A stretch of DNA of 63,999 nucleotides, counting the filler, from Octopus bimaculoides (Eukaryota): NCBI RefSeq assembly GCF_001194135.2. It is 7 parts of 7 records of this genome, joined end to end, with 100 filler letters (N's around TTAATTAATTAA, not from the genome) between each part and the next. Parts side by side here need not be neighbours in the genome. Positions count along the whole stretch, not along the records: positions 30,368 to 61,642 come from NC_068986.1; 6 more parts are not named here. One strand, written 5' to 3'. A program made the translations under genes and the position numbers. Below are positions 39,549 through 53,180 of the stretch, one piece after another. Under the pieces are notes generated by a model, which ran no database searches, was not told where the DNA came from, and saw only the letters and a list, made by a program, of their open reading frames with translations. Each line of letters opens with the position of its first letter. Position 1 is the first letter of the stretch.

Positions 39549-41742
39549 NNNNNNNNNNNNNNNNNNNNNNNNNNNNNNNNNNNNNNNNNNNNNNNNNNNN
39601 NNNNNNNNNNNNNNNNNNNNNNNNNNNNNNNNNNNNNNNNNNNNNNNNNNNNNNNNNNNNNNNNNNNNNNNNNNNNNNNNNNNNNNNNNNNNNNNNNNNN
39701 NNNNNNNNNNNNNNNNNNNNNNNNNNNNNNNNNNNNNNNNNNNNNNNNNNNNNNNNNNNNNNNNNNNNNNNNNNNNNNNNNNNNNNNNNNNNNNNNNNNN
39801 NNNNNNNNNNNNNNNNNNNNNNNNNNNNNNNNNNNNNNNNNNNNNNNNNNNNNNNNNNNNNNNNNNNNNNNNNNNNNNNNNNNNNNNNNNNNNNNNNNNN
39901 NNNNNNNNNNNNNNNNNNNNNNNNNNNNNNNNNNNNNNNNNNNNNNNNNATCCACCTGTATGTATAGGTGCATATCTGGGTACAGGACATTGCAAACAAA
40001 ACGTAGACGAGAAAACACACAAGCCACATAAAGAACATTCTACTTCATCAGCTACCCCCGTTTTAACACCGGCGTTTCGAAGAGCTGGGCAGGACGCATC
40101 GTTAAAACGGCTCTTCCCATAGACCGCAAATTAAATTTGTATACACAAATTAAATCTTGCCATGGAGGAATGTAGTGGCGGACAAAAAACAAGACAGGAA
40201 GCTAAACAACATTGGTGCTACTTGTTTATAAGGTTCAGTAAAAAAAAAAAAAAAAAACTATTTAGTGCTGGGTTTTGATCTATATTAAGTTGATTATAAA
40301 TTAGAATGTGCACACAAAACAAGAGAAAAAACAGCTGATTTATTCGTATCTAACCAGTTCCGGCAGATTTGAACGTGATTATGCTAATTGTTGTTGACAA
40401 TATATGACTGAAATGAGTGTGTTATCAATGGACATATTCTAATGGGAGTTGTTCCCCGAAGGTGAAATATCGCAGCGATTAGCACATTCACATTCGAATA
40501 TACTGGAACGTTTTGAACATGATTATACATACCATTGTTTTGATTCTCATTCTTTTATATACTCATGATATTATGAATGACTCATTACCTGTAAGTGTAT
40601 TGTGAATGTTATAATGAAATTAAGTCTTAGCAACAAGTGAAAGTAATATGAATATGTTAGTTATGTTTTCGTAATGACTCTATTACGTCCAGAGCACAAG
40701 GGAAAGTCAAGGGTGTCTCGCACATTACTTCTTTTCTCGGCTACATGTAAGGTACTCCTTTTGAATATGTCGTCAGTTATTCACTATATGCAGTGGTTTT
40801 GGAGATACGTTTCCTGCTTTTAGACAGGTAATGTAACCACATGGACACTGAACGGGAACACTTTGCTGCAACTTCAATTATAATAACATTTGTTGCTTTC
40901 ATATCAATATGGATATATTCAAACTATACGTTTTTATTAAATTAAACAAATAATTACATCTATTTCCAATTACCAAGTTATCAAATCAAGTTATCTAAAG
41001 TCAAAAAGAGAAATTGACTTCATGTTACATTGTCCACCATCATTCTACATGAAGGTTGTCATGCTATTTTATGGGTCAAAATTGTATTGCAACATTTTAA
41101 ATTTATTCAACAGGTGACGCCCTGCATAATTTGGAACTGTGTTATAAAACAGTTTACTTTAGACAATGATCATTATTCTATTCGTTTGTATAAAGAATTT
41201 TCATAAGCAAGTAGATATTAGACATTTTAGAAATCATGTTTTTTAACTATTTTGACGGACTTGTTTTTTCATAAGAAATACTGAGAATAATTTATTTAAA
41301 AACAATTAAGGAATTGAACTTAAAGTATTATTTGTTCTTAATCTGTGTTTAGTTGTCTATATTTATTTCTTTTCAGTGATATATAATTTATCGAAGAAAC
41401 TCATTGAAATGTTTTTTGAACTGTATATATTTCGATAAAGAAATATTTGAAAGTTAGTTTCCATTATAATTTATTCCGGAATGTTTTTTTCCATGAATAC
41501 ATAAATCATAGTCAATGAATAAATAACGGCAATTAAATCATAACTGAGAGAAGTAACACTACTGCCGCAATGGTTTAGTTCGATGAACCAGTCAACATTC
41601 TTCAATGTGGTTTAACTTTCATTATTGCGTTTTAAAAAAAGTACATCTCTATACGGTAGGTAAAATGAAAATCATATATTTATAATTAGAAATATAATAT
41701 TTCTAAATCTCTCAGAGAGATTTAAGCAGTAGTGGAGCGATA

Positions 41743-41900
41743 AAGTTGTAGTGTATTGTCAACTTAATGTCCTCGCAAACTTAAGGACACAGTAATTGTG
41801 TCAAGGCCGACAGGAAGCGGTCCAGCTTCCTAGGGCTAAACGGCAGTAGTGTGTTCCCTTATTGGGATTGTCACATTAAGTTGACAATACACTACAACTT
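41743..41900. repeat. Perfect 28-bp inverted repeat enclosing a 102-bp structured core
   Basis: aagttgtagtgtattgtcaacttaatgt (41743-41770) / acattaagttgacaatacactacaactt (41873-41900). Confidence 0.95.
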
Positions 41901-43784
41901 CATATATTTATAATTAACCTTTATTTATAGAGAGAATCTTATTGAATTCCGATACTTTTTGAAGATTCAGTAATCGGTAAGTTTTCCCCAAGGTGCACCT
42001 AATATGATTATTTGAAGCGAGCATATCTCGCCTATTTTAAAGCACAACTTGTAGACCATGATTAAAAATGAGCTCCCCACATTGTATGCAAAACTACAGA
42101 GAGCGTTTGTGATCATAGACTTAACATAAAGAAGAATTGTCCGAAATTTGACTCAATATTGGCTTGGGCGGAAAGAAACAGACGTTATGAGAATTGTATA
42201 TAAATAAAAGGCATCAATGGATACAATGGAAGCAAGTGAACATAACCTGAGACACAATCAGCAAGCAGACTTATTTCGCACACAAATTAGATATCGCACT
42301 TCGATCTTTCGGCTACCCATCAGAGATCTTAAGTGATGATGATAAGGAATCATTCATGTGTAATAACATAAAACGCAACAGAAGAGTTGGAGGTGCCATA
42401 GATTATGAAAGAACTCGGTCAATTTTTCATTCGGTTAACTGGATGACCTGCTCAAGAATAAGAACCTCTGAAAGGAGCTTTTAAATTGCTTTCCTCCAGG
42501 TTTAAATTATGGAATTTACTTCATTCTGGAACAAAGCCTTAGTTTCATCTTAGCAGAGAAAAACTATTTCCGCTTTACGGGCAATAATCTGGTATTCTTC
42601 TGAGGAACATAGGTTTTCACTCACTCAGTATGCGAAATGAATGACAGCCATTCATAAATAATTTTGAGCTGAGTTTAAAATGTCTCCTTTTACACGAAAG
42701 CAAAAAATGTGTTTCAGTTTCAGTAGATTACCTTTATGAAATACATCTATGAGACAATTGTTGTAGTCTTGAAAAAGGTAATGTAACATGATTATCAATG
42801 GGTGAAATGATGACTGAAAGATGGTGAACTTTCTCCATAACAAGTATTCTAGTTACAGGAAATATCCGTGCTTTTGTTTTTGAAGTTCCAAAGCCAAAAC
42901 TTTCGAATTTAAATGAGCTTCAATTTCAAGTATTTAATTCACATATTATTACTTGCATTTTCTTAAGCGAACTAGCTTCCTCGACATTGACTAAGATGAA
43001 CACTTCGCCCTTTACCAACCTCGTCACCGAGATGACAGGCATCGATTTTCATCTACCGCTTCATGAATGCAGCGCAGTAGTTGTATGGCACCAGGACCTC
43101 TACACAAATAAGGTACTACAATAATTGAATAATCTTCATTTCTACCAATAGCAGCCCTTCGAACTCACCCAAACCTAGTAATTCCTATAAAAGATCTCAT
43201 CGCCTCCTCCCCAATCTCTTCCACTGCCACTATCTTTATCATATGGGCTTCCCATTCTCCCTCCAATTCTCATGCATAACAGTTCTCACCACTCGATTGT
43301 CTACACTTACAACTCATTCCCCTCACGTGCTTCTGCGTACTTGCCATAGGAGTAAGCAATTCGTAGTTACTGCACATCCCTGCGTCCATATCCATGACAT
43401 GAATCACATGCTTCACTTCTTCAGTGCCTTCTCTTCCCTCTAGTTTTCAGATTAAAAAAATTCCTGTCTATTGATTTACTACCCGAAGTCGGTTATCTCC
43501 GCTTCTAGTTCTTTATAAACTATCATTCAAATCTTACTTCTTCTTCGATATTGGGCCTGCATCTACGAAGCAGTCTCGATCTTCGGAGCTTGTACGCAAT
43601 ATTGACAGCGATATAATATGCATACATATATCTAGATATATGTAGATAATATATACATATACCTATAACGACCAGGCTATAGAATTTTGTAAAACACTTG
43701 TGATCACAATGTGTTATCTTGCATTGTTTCAGCTTTTGAACGAAGCCACCCAGCTGGCAAAGCGGGCATGCCAACATTAACCTC

Positions 43785-43903
43785 TGAATGGAACGCCGGT
43801 CCGTTACAGGGTCAACTAGTACAAGCTAAGTTGACGAGATCAACGTGGAGTGAAGTATTTTGCTCAAGAACGCAACACACTAAGCACTGAGCCACGCAGC
43901 TCC
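43785..43903 (-). mobile_element. Degenerate SINE of a third type (possibly V-domain-like)
   Basis: Minus strand: A-box-like gctgcgtggctcagtg, cttgagcaaaatacttcact, and ctgtaacggaccggcgttccattcagagg, which resembles the V-SINE core. Confidence 0.4.
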
Positions 43904-45635
43904 ACTAAAACATATGTGTGTACGTTTGGTTATTATATATATATATATATATGAAATAAATAACTCAATAAATGAGTGGAAATCGAAGCAGTAAGCGTGT
44001 TAATAAAGCATTAAAACGGAATGACTATATATATATATATATATATATATNNNNNNNNNNNNNNNNNNNNNNNNNNNNNNNNNNNNNNNNNNNNNNNNNN
44101 NNNNNNNNNNNNNNNNNNNNNNNNNNNNNNNNNNNNNNNNNNNNNNNNNNNNNNNNNNNNNNNNNNNNNNNNNNNNNNNNNNNNNNNNNNNNNNNNNNNN
44201 NNNNNNNNNNNNNTATATATATATATATGTATTCGTATACAAACATATTTGTGTGAACGCACATGTGTGTGTGCGGAAAAATAGTTTCAAGCAGGTGACT
44301 AGTCCATTGACGAAGTCAGCTTTTCTCTAGCTTTCTTTCTCTCTCTCCCCAATTCTCTCCCTCTTTCTCTCTCTTTCTCGTTCTCTCTCCCTGTGTGTTC
44401 TACCGGGTAACAAATCGAAATCCGAGAACAAGATTGATTCAGGAACATAGAACACGCTATGGTATTTGATTTTCATTAGTCAGAATTGATAAGGTCATGT
44501 ATTCAGGATGCACGGTTTTGGCGCATAACTGCGTTCACAAATGGGTTGTCGGGCACAAATGGTCAATTTAAATGTCAAGTAAAGTTAGTAGAGTTTTTAG
44601 CGTGTGGGAGTTTTTAGTTTCTGCAGACGGAGAACGACAATACCAACAAGCGCAAGACCCAGAATAATAACAGCAACAACAACAACAATAATGTCGGGAA
44701 CAACACCAATAGTAACAACATCAAAATAAGAAATAAGCCGTTATGGATTTAAAGAGAAACTAACAATCGTTTGTGAAATAATGGAAGAAGAAATAATATA
44801 AAGAATTTTAAGTGGTTTCGTTTGTTTTATAATGCTTGAGATAATAGCTGAGTAGAAAGTAATTTCGAGGAGTGTGTGTTTGGGAATATTAATAAGAAAC
44901 ATTGATTAAAATTTTGTGTTATCACATGAAAAACTATATGTTTCAAATGCAGAAGAGAGAAGACAACAAACATGAGATTCTGTTCGAGAATATATTTTGT
45001 TTTGTTTTGATTTCTAAAGATAATTTCGTTTTTGCTTTGCTTTGCACTTTTTACTTTCGCTTTTATTTTCTTATTGTCAATTGTTGTGTTGTTTCAAATG
45101 TTTTTGTTGCTGTGTAGCTATTGTTTGAGCAGAGCTATGTACACACTGTTGTTTCAAGTGTGCTACACTTGAACCTATAATGAGAACTACACCACTTACC
45201 ACAGCAGGTAGTATTCCATGCATGTCCAGGATGTCTTGTGAGGAATCAGGTGCGATGTTCTTGTTATCTTGTTCTCACAGCTCTGTCAGGTCTATGTGTA
45301 TACGTCATTTGTTACTGATGTGTAGACCTAGGTACACAACCGAACTACTGAATGTGTATCATGTCTCAGACTACGTGAAAAATATAAGCACTCTAACCCT
45401 TTTAACATAGTGTTGCTACTCCTATATCCCCCTCCCCACTATATGATCTATAAGTGTACATATGCCGTCCTATAGCTAGCCACCTCTGCAGCAGTAAGAA
45501 CTCCCTGAGAGCACAAGATTTACTGCTTCAGAGTGTGTTTATCTACGTTTACAAATCAGTACCGAGAATTAAAAGGTTATTCATACTGGGTCTATTTCTA
45601 CCTAACTTTTTTATATGCTTGCTCTGAATGAAAGA

Positions 45636-45697
<62 letters not shown>

Positions 45698-46627
45698 TTT
45701 TATAGGACGCTGCAGTACAAGTCTTTGGAGACATATATGTGTCTCACTTTAAGGAACCGATGTTTTCATGTAGTAGAAATACTTGAGAAAGCTGCACTTA
45801 ATTACGGCAAGAAGCCGTGTTCTTTGCATGATGTCTGGGAGGTATTATACTTACATATCTTTGATGCCATGCGAATGTGCAGTTGATAGAGTACTTAAAA
45901 TAAAGGTTTCAATGAGATATACTGCAAGGATTTCATTAAAAAATATCAGGATATTTTATAAGATGTTAGCAAAATATATTTGTTACTCAAACATTTTTTT
46001 TTCTTTTTTGCTGATGAATAAATCTGATATATAACCTTGCTACACATATGTACATTTTACGGTTAATTAAGAAAATTGACAGCATGATTACAATCTTTGT
46101 TTTCATACCCGAGTATTTCCAGATGTAGTAGTACTGTGCATCATTGACGAGTACATTTTCCTCATTGCATAAATGTTTTTAATTAGCTTCATTAATGACA
46201 CATGGATTATAATGCATGGCAAGGCAAATACTAACTTAACATATTACGCTGTCACAACTGCGATTTACCATTCAATTTAGAGACTTAATTTTTTTCTGTC
46301 ACTGTATTTTTTCGTCTTATTGTCTCGTCCTTTTTATCATCTATCGTATCCACTATGGCTCAGCATCTTACCTTCCCAACAACGCCAAACCCTATAATAT
46401 CGCTGGAAGGTGCCGACATTGTGAAGGCATATGAACTACAAGTTAATGAGGACTGACATGTGTTTACTTTCGTGGGTGTTTTTTGTTCTTCCCGTAAACG
46501 TTTGCGTTACCTTCATTATTACTGTAATATTAGCACATATTTTATTTCAAATACAGTAGAATCCCTATCATGCGCCCACTTCTTTATCTATCTATCCATC
46601 TATCTATCTATATATATATCTATTTAT

Positions 46628-46676
<49 letters not shown>

Positions 46677-46686
46677 CATACACACA

Positions 46687-46718
<32 letters not shown>

Positions 46719-46780
46719 ATATATATACGTGTATGTGTGTGAGTATCCATTTGTCAAACCTTTCACTTATCCTCTCCTTT

Positions 46781-46831
<51 letters not shown>

Positions 46832-48031
46832 CTTTGCATACGTATGCGTGCATGTCAGTGTCAGAAAGTCAGAAAAAGAGTATCTATTAACAGTATGACT
46901 CATTTCTGTTTCCACCTAACAAGATAGTCATTACATATATATATATACACACAACACATTAACGCATAACCTCGCTTCTTTAAGCTGGTGATCAACGTTC
47001 AAGCCAAATAAGTAAGGGGACACGTGCTGTTTCAGCACATGGCTGCATCGACTGCTTGTTGGTGATTCCCTACTCTTAGCGGGTGAAACCTTTGCTTTAC
47101 TCGGGTGACAAGCCCCTACCCTTGAGTTTGTTCGCGCAGTCAATTTTTGGTAATGGATTTACGAGGCCGGTGAGCAAATACTACTTCAACGTCTTTAAGA
47201 CGCCTTTTACGACACGCAGAGGAAACGCTGGGTGAATTACTTGGCATGTCACACACCGGAAAGGGAATAATTTCAGTATCTACAAGCAGAATTTCTCTGC
47301 TTCCATTTGCATACGGGGCAACTAGATCTAAGGTGGGCTTTAATGGTTCTTAGCTGTCAATGTTTTAATGTTAATCAACAGGATGACTATTTGATTGCAA
47401 CAATACTACATTTTAATAGGATATTACAGGTTTTTACAACTAGACAGATGAATTAAAATGGCAGGCAACGGGATCACAGACACTTTGACAGATGGTGGGA
47501 ATATTGTGGGAGTGTCAGCGAAACAAGTTCCCTAAACGATGATCTGCTTCACTTATTCATTGTAATGCTGCTATTATCATAGTAAGCAGGAGGTGGCGGA
47601 TGTGCGTGTAATGTTTTCAATGGCTTCAAAATATCGGTTTGATTAGCATGTCTGCAAGTGAGTGGTTAAGGTTAGTGGCTTCGAACCAGAAGTCTGCGAT
47701 TGTTTTAGTTTTAATTTGGTATGAAAATATCTTAAAGTGACGCTGAATTAATCACTATAGATGACAAAGAAGTAGAAACCACATTAACATTGTTGACCTT
47801 AGCGTAATTACAACTTGAAATAACTTGGCTGTTGATGAGATCAGATATTTCGAGAAGGATATTATTTACACCGTTCACATCAACAAACTAAAATTTAAAT
47901 AGAATAAATAGATTTTAAAATTCAAAATGTAATTTATTTTAAATACAGTCTTTCAAGAATTGTGAATTCGCTCATTTATTAAATAGTGAATGTAATTGTT
48001 TAGAAATATATATATATATATGTGTGCGCGC

Positions 48032-48069
<38 letters not shown>

Positions 48070-49480
48070 ATGTACGTATGTATGTACGTATGTATATATG
48101 TGTGAGTGTATGGATGAATGTGTATACACACACACATTCATATATATGTGCGTGCTTCTGTGTGTATATGAATATACGTGTATGCATGTGTAATGAATTA
48201 TCCTAGTTTCATTAATTCATATTACAATTTGTAACCAAACATGCTTCCGATAATATATCAATATTTCAGGGTTCTTTTTATCTTTTTATATGAAAATTGG
48301 TGTGAAAATTCTACAGAAATATCATTGATATATAATATATTGGATATAATACATGAAAGAAACTGCAATCATTCAGTATATCAGGTATCAGTTTATTTTA
48401 TTAGATTTTACAAATTTATATCAATAAATTAACTTTGTGTAATTATAAACGGTTAATAACATAGTCAGTGCTTTTGTAACGAAATTCACTATTTCAATTA
48501 ATTTTGAAACAAATTCGGAATGATCTAGTAAAATAACTTTTTTCATTTATTGGTCTATTAAGCTGATGTTTGGAACATAGTGTAACACAAAAATTTTCAT
48601 ATAGATATGACAGAAGTTCAATTTCAATAAAGAATGCATTAGAACAAGTGAATTTCCATTAAGCAGATAGAGATCTTCCATTATTCTGATATTTCAAAAC
48701 TGTTGAAATAAAATGTATTAACACTTTGCCTAAATATATTTATTTCTCAAAGCTCAACATGGAAGGTCTACACAGGTACTCAGCAAGATATACAGTAACA
48801 GTTAATCCCAGTTTTGAGGTACATGAACATATTGTGACTTCCTCGTTATTGACGGCCACCTCCGGCGCCAATCGGTCAGAGCTGTCTAGGAAATTTTCTT
48901 CCTATAAAACGAATGAACATTGTTATATAACACTATTCATTCGTTTTATAGGAGGAAATGTTCCTAACCAGTTCCAGTTAAACAGATGAGACCGTAGCAC
49001 CCAAAAACTCAAACACAACATGTCTCAAACACAAAATGACCCTTAGCACCATGCTAGTATGTGGTTACATTATATATATANNNNNNNNNNNNNNNNNNNN
49101 NNNNNNNNNNNNNNNNNNNNNNNNNNNNNNNNNNNNNNNNNNNNNNNNNNNNNNNNNNNNNNNNNNNNNNNNNNNNNNNNNNNNNNNNNNNNNNNNNNNN
49201 NNNNNNNNNNNNNNNNNNNNNNNNNNNNNNNNNNNNNNNNNNNNNNNNNNNNNNNNNNNNNNNNNNNNNNNNNNNNNNNNNNNNNNNNNNNNNNNNNNNN
49301 NNNNNNNNNNNNNNNNNNNNNNNNNNNNNNNNNNNNNNNNNNNNNNNNNNNNNNNNNNNNNNNNNNNNNNNNNNNNNNNNNNNNNNNNNNNNNNNNNNNN
49401 NNNNNNNNNNNNNNNNNNNNNNNNNNNNNNNNNNNNNNNNNNNNNNNNNNNNNNNNNNNNNNNNNNNNNNNNNNNNNNNN

Positions 49481-49524
<44 letters not shown>

Positions 49525-50708
49525 TACACACATACGCATATACATATATATAATAAACGTAAATGGATAGGCAGTAAATTCTTGGAAGCCCACCACAATT
49601 CTGTGATTCTCATGATCGCTGGCCTTCTTTCTATAAGCAATCATAAAACTCGAAGTAATCACCTCTTGCTTCAGGCCCTGAAGCACAGTTCACTCAGTCA
49701 CTTAAGGATGTTCGGACCATCTCATTCACCGAAACCCTTGACTCCATTTTGTCTATCAATTTTTACCTGTGTTATCAGTTACCGCATAATTTAACCACCT
49801 GTCTAAACGACAAAAACATTTTTGAAACACTATTAAAAAAATAATTCGAATTCAATGTAAAGGTATTTTTTAATGGAAATATTTTCCCATTAAGCTTTTT
49901 CCATATTCAAAATGTCACTGACCATCCATACATCATGATTATTACTTAAGTCTATTTTAATACTGGTTTATCATGTAACACAAATAATATCACGATAAAC
50001 GATAAGTAAAATTGATGGAAATATATGATTTATGGAATGTATCGAAATACATACAAGGATAGCCAACCGTCTTCGGACCTTCTCCCTGATAAATTGATCT
50101 AAAAAATTAGCGACCAAATCTACCTTATTCTCACCATACCATTCTAAAAGAAAAATGCATTGGTACAGATTACTCCGACGAATTAAATAAATGTAGATTT
50201 AAATATTTTCTGAATAACTACTCTGGCTACAATAAGCGCACAATGTGCCGATATTTTCATGCAGGTTACCGCATTTAGTCACAATGCTGAATATAAAAAC
50301 GAATAAACAAAACTGCAGTTCTATTCAGAGCTATTGTCCTCTTTCATCACTTTATGTTTCAATTTCATTTGATTCATAGGACGTTAATCAGGCTGCCTGG
50401 AGCAACGCCATGAAGATTTTCGACGTTGCAAATTTACCCGTGCAAATTGATTCCAGTACTTATTTTAAGTTTGGTATTTAACCCACCTCACTTTTTTTCC
50501 CGATACTTGAAAGGGTGTCTGCCCAGTCTTCTTCTTTTTCTCATTATTTTAATTTCAGTTTTTGCTTCTCTTTTAACTTGTTTTCTTCTATCTTTATTAA
50601 TTTTTGGTGGATTGCTTTTGTGAACTGTTTTTGGCAGAGAAGGAACTTAAAAAGAAGAAGCCTGTCTTGGAGTGGGAAATTATCCCACCCAAGCAGTAGT
50701 TAAAAGAT

Positions 50709-51540
50709 ATGGAGGTGAGGACGGTGGTGGTTAAAACGTACTCGAAAGTTCTTGATACCATCAGCGTCTTCCCAAAACTAACTATAGAAAAAGAACTGAA
50801 AGACTATCTGTCCTCTGTGAAATACATATTCCGCGGTGTCAAGCATGCAACCGTATGGTGCTGTTTGACACCCCGGAGGAGGCTCGCAATTTTGGGAGCC
50901 AGCTTTTAGAGAGCAATGAAATTCTGTTCCTCCCGTCGTAATGCAGGAGGAAATTAATAAGAACCTGAGTATCTGGCTTACCCCCAGGAATCAAGGCGGG
51001 TTGGATTGAAGATACCTTCCGACGGAGCCTGGGGGATAGCGAGCCCAGGCTCTTAAATGTAAGGGTATCGTCGGCGGTCGATTGCGTAGGGTCAAAAGCG
51101 ATTTTGATCCTGTGGACCCCATCGGCCGCAACAAGGTGGGGGAGAGACACCGGACAAAGCGGAAGAGCTCCACTCTCCCGAAGTCAGAAAGAAAAGAAAA
51201 GAAGAAAGTAGGACGGGTCATTGCAGGTGGACAATGATGTGCCGTCTGCATGTCCTGAAGTTGTGCCACTTACAGCGGGAGAACCGACCTCCACACCTGA
51301 AGATGAAGAATTACTTATCTTTATTTACAAGGGCGGGGAGGGGGAAATAGTAGAACATAAAGAGACAGTAGATATGGCCTGCACACGGGATCCCGAATAG
51401 CCTCCGAAGATAGCTGTGGAAGTCAGAAGGATTTCTGTGTGAGAAAAGCTTAGAATACTTAAAGAGAATTGTGGCATATGGCCAGTTGACCCTAACATGA
51501 CATATGCCTCGTACATGAATGAGGCATGGGAAATGGCGGG
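50709..51540 (+). mobile_element. L1/Tx1-type LINE ORF1 (gag-like) remnant
   Basis: Frameshifted MEVRTVVVKTYSKVLDTISVFPKLTIEKELKDYL..; VSGLPPGIKAGWIE; degenerate zinc knuckle (CAVC...GHLQRE) near 51240-51285; GC-richer island. Confidence 0.5.
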
Positions 51541-51914
51541 TACGAGAACTGAAGCCGCACTGAAGATAATAATATATATATTGATGGATATATCGATGAA
51601 TAGGTGAAAAAGCCTCGTTAAGAAGGTTTCAAAACCACATGTTATTGGATTATTTGTAGTGGTTTAAAACCTTAATTCTGTTTTTTAAAAGCAAGTTACG
51701 TAAGAGGTTTTAGTGCCTCTTCTTTGTATGAAGTTTGAAACCTCATATTGACTTTTTTAAAAAAGAAAGTATGTTTCCGAGAAAAACCCAATCGGCGGGC
51801 GTTGGATTTCGTCTCTCATTTATTCATCTTATGTCATTTCATTTTCATTCATTAATGTGTTGTCCAGCTCGCGGCTACTCTGTATACTGCCTTTATGGCA
51901 AATAAAATGAAATA

Positions 51915-52222
51915 AAGTAGCTTGCTTGCCAACCACATGATTCGGGTCCAGTCCCACGGCGTGGCAGCAANNNNNNNNNNNNNNNNNNNNNNNNNNNNNN
52001 NNNNNNNNNNNNNNNNNNNNNNNNNNNNNNNNNNNNNNNNNNNNNNNNNNNNNNNNNNNNNNNNNNNNNNNNNNNNNNNNNNNNNNNNNNNNNNNNNNNN
52101 NNNNNNNNNNNNNNNNNNNNNNNNNNNNNNNNNNNNNNNNNNNNNNNNNNNNNNNNNNNNNNNNNNNNNNNNNNNNNNNNNNNNNNNNNNNNNNNNNNNN
52201 NNNNNNNNNNNNNNNNNNNNNN

Positions 52223-52255
<33 letters not shown>

Positions 52256-52475
52256 TGCGTGTCTCTGTTTCTACCCCCAACATCGTTTGACAACCGATGC
52301 TGGTGTTTACGTCCCCATAACTTAACGTGCTGCAAAAGAGACCGAAGTATAAGTACGAGGCTTACAAAGAATAAGTAAATAAGTACTATGGGTCGATTTG
52401 CTCAACTAAAAGCGGTGCTCCACCATGGCCGCAGTCAAATGACTGAAACAAATAAAAGAATAAACGAATAAAACT
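51915..52475 (+). mobile_element. SINE family A, full length, with an assembly gap in its central microsatellite
   Basis: Head gcttgcttgccaaccacatgattcgggtccagtcccac before the gap; body and tail gcggtgctccaccatggccgcagtcaaatgactgaaacaaataaaagaataaa after it. Confidence 0.85.
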
Positions 52476-52489
52476 GAGGTGTAGTTATT

Positions 52490-52830
52490 CGTTGTGCCTC
52501 GTTAATGATGAGACTGCTAATGTATGCTCAAAGTATCCAGAATAGCCCGAGACCACTCCTTTTTGGACACTTTTGTTGATGAACTCATTAGCCAGTCCAG
52601 TAGATATCTACCAATCTTTTGGCAATAGCGGCCAAAAGATTCTTAACGTCGATATCTAATAGAGTGAACTCTCGAAAATGGTTAAGTCCAGTCGATTTTC
52701 TTCCTTTGGGTCGAAAGAGACCTACGGAAGTGTTCAGAGACAAGGTTCCGGCGTCTTCAAGATCGAACGTAGAAATTTTGCTGCGGGGATCAATGTTTGG
52801 AAATGATAATACTACAGACCAAAATTCTAA
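52490..52830 (-). mobile_element. R2-group (RLE-type, HERO-like) non-LTR retrotransposon RT fragment
   Basis: Minus strand: GLFRPKGRKSTGLNHFREFTLLDIDVKNLLAAIAKRL, then (frameshift) LANEFINKSVQKGVVSGYSGYFEHTLAV, matching the FIPK...FRxISLLN..KI..LAxRL and SVQKGG.PG..GC.EH motifs of this group. Confidence 0.7.
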
Positions 52831-53138
52831 TCACAATTTGATAATAGCTGAAGCTCCTTTCTGTTTACCATTTACTGAAATCTTTTCAGTTACAGTCACT
52901 AACAGAATATCAATAATTGTGATGTATTCCCGTGGTTTCTACATTCCCCTTCTTGAAATATTTATGAAGGAAGTTCTTTGTTTGTATAATCTACAAATAA
53001 TTAATATATTCGTTTACTGGTCTCAGGCATTGACTTTGGTCATGCTGAGGCACTGACTTCAAGAATTTCAGTCGATTATATTGACTAGAGGAATGCGTTT
53101 GCTATATAATGTCTTAATATATCGATCTTGTGAGAGAA

Positions 53139-53180
<42 letters not shown>

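Noticed and set aside
41760-41810. HDV-like ribozyme (TCCTCGC loop, GG, hairpin, CAA)
   Set aside because: P3, P1 and P2 pairings could not be formed, so the nested pseudoknot is unsupported.
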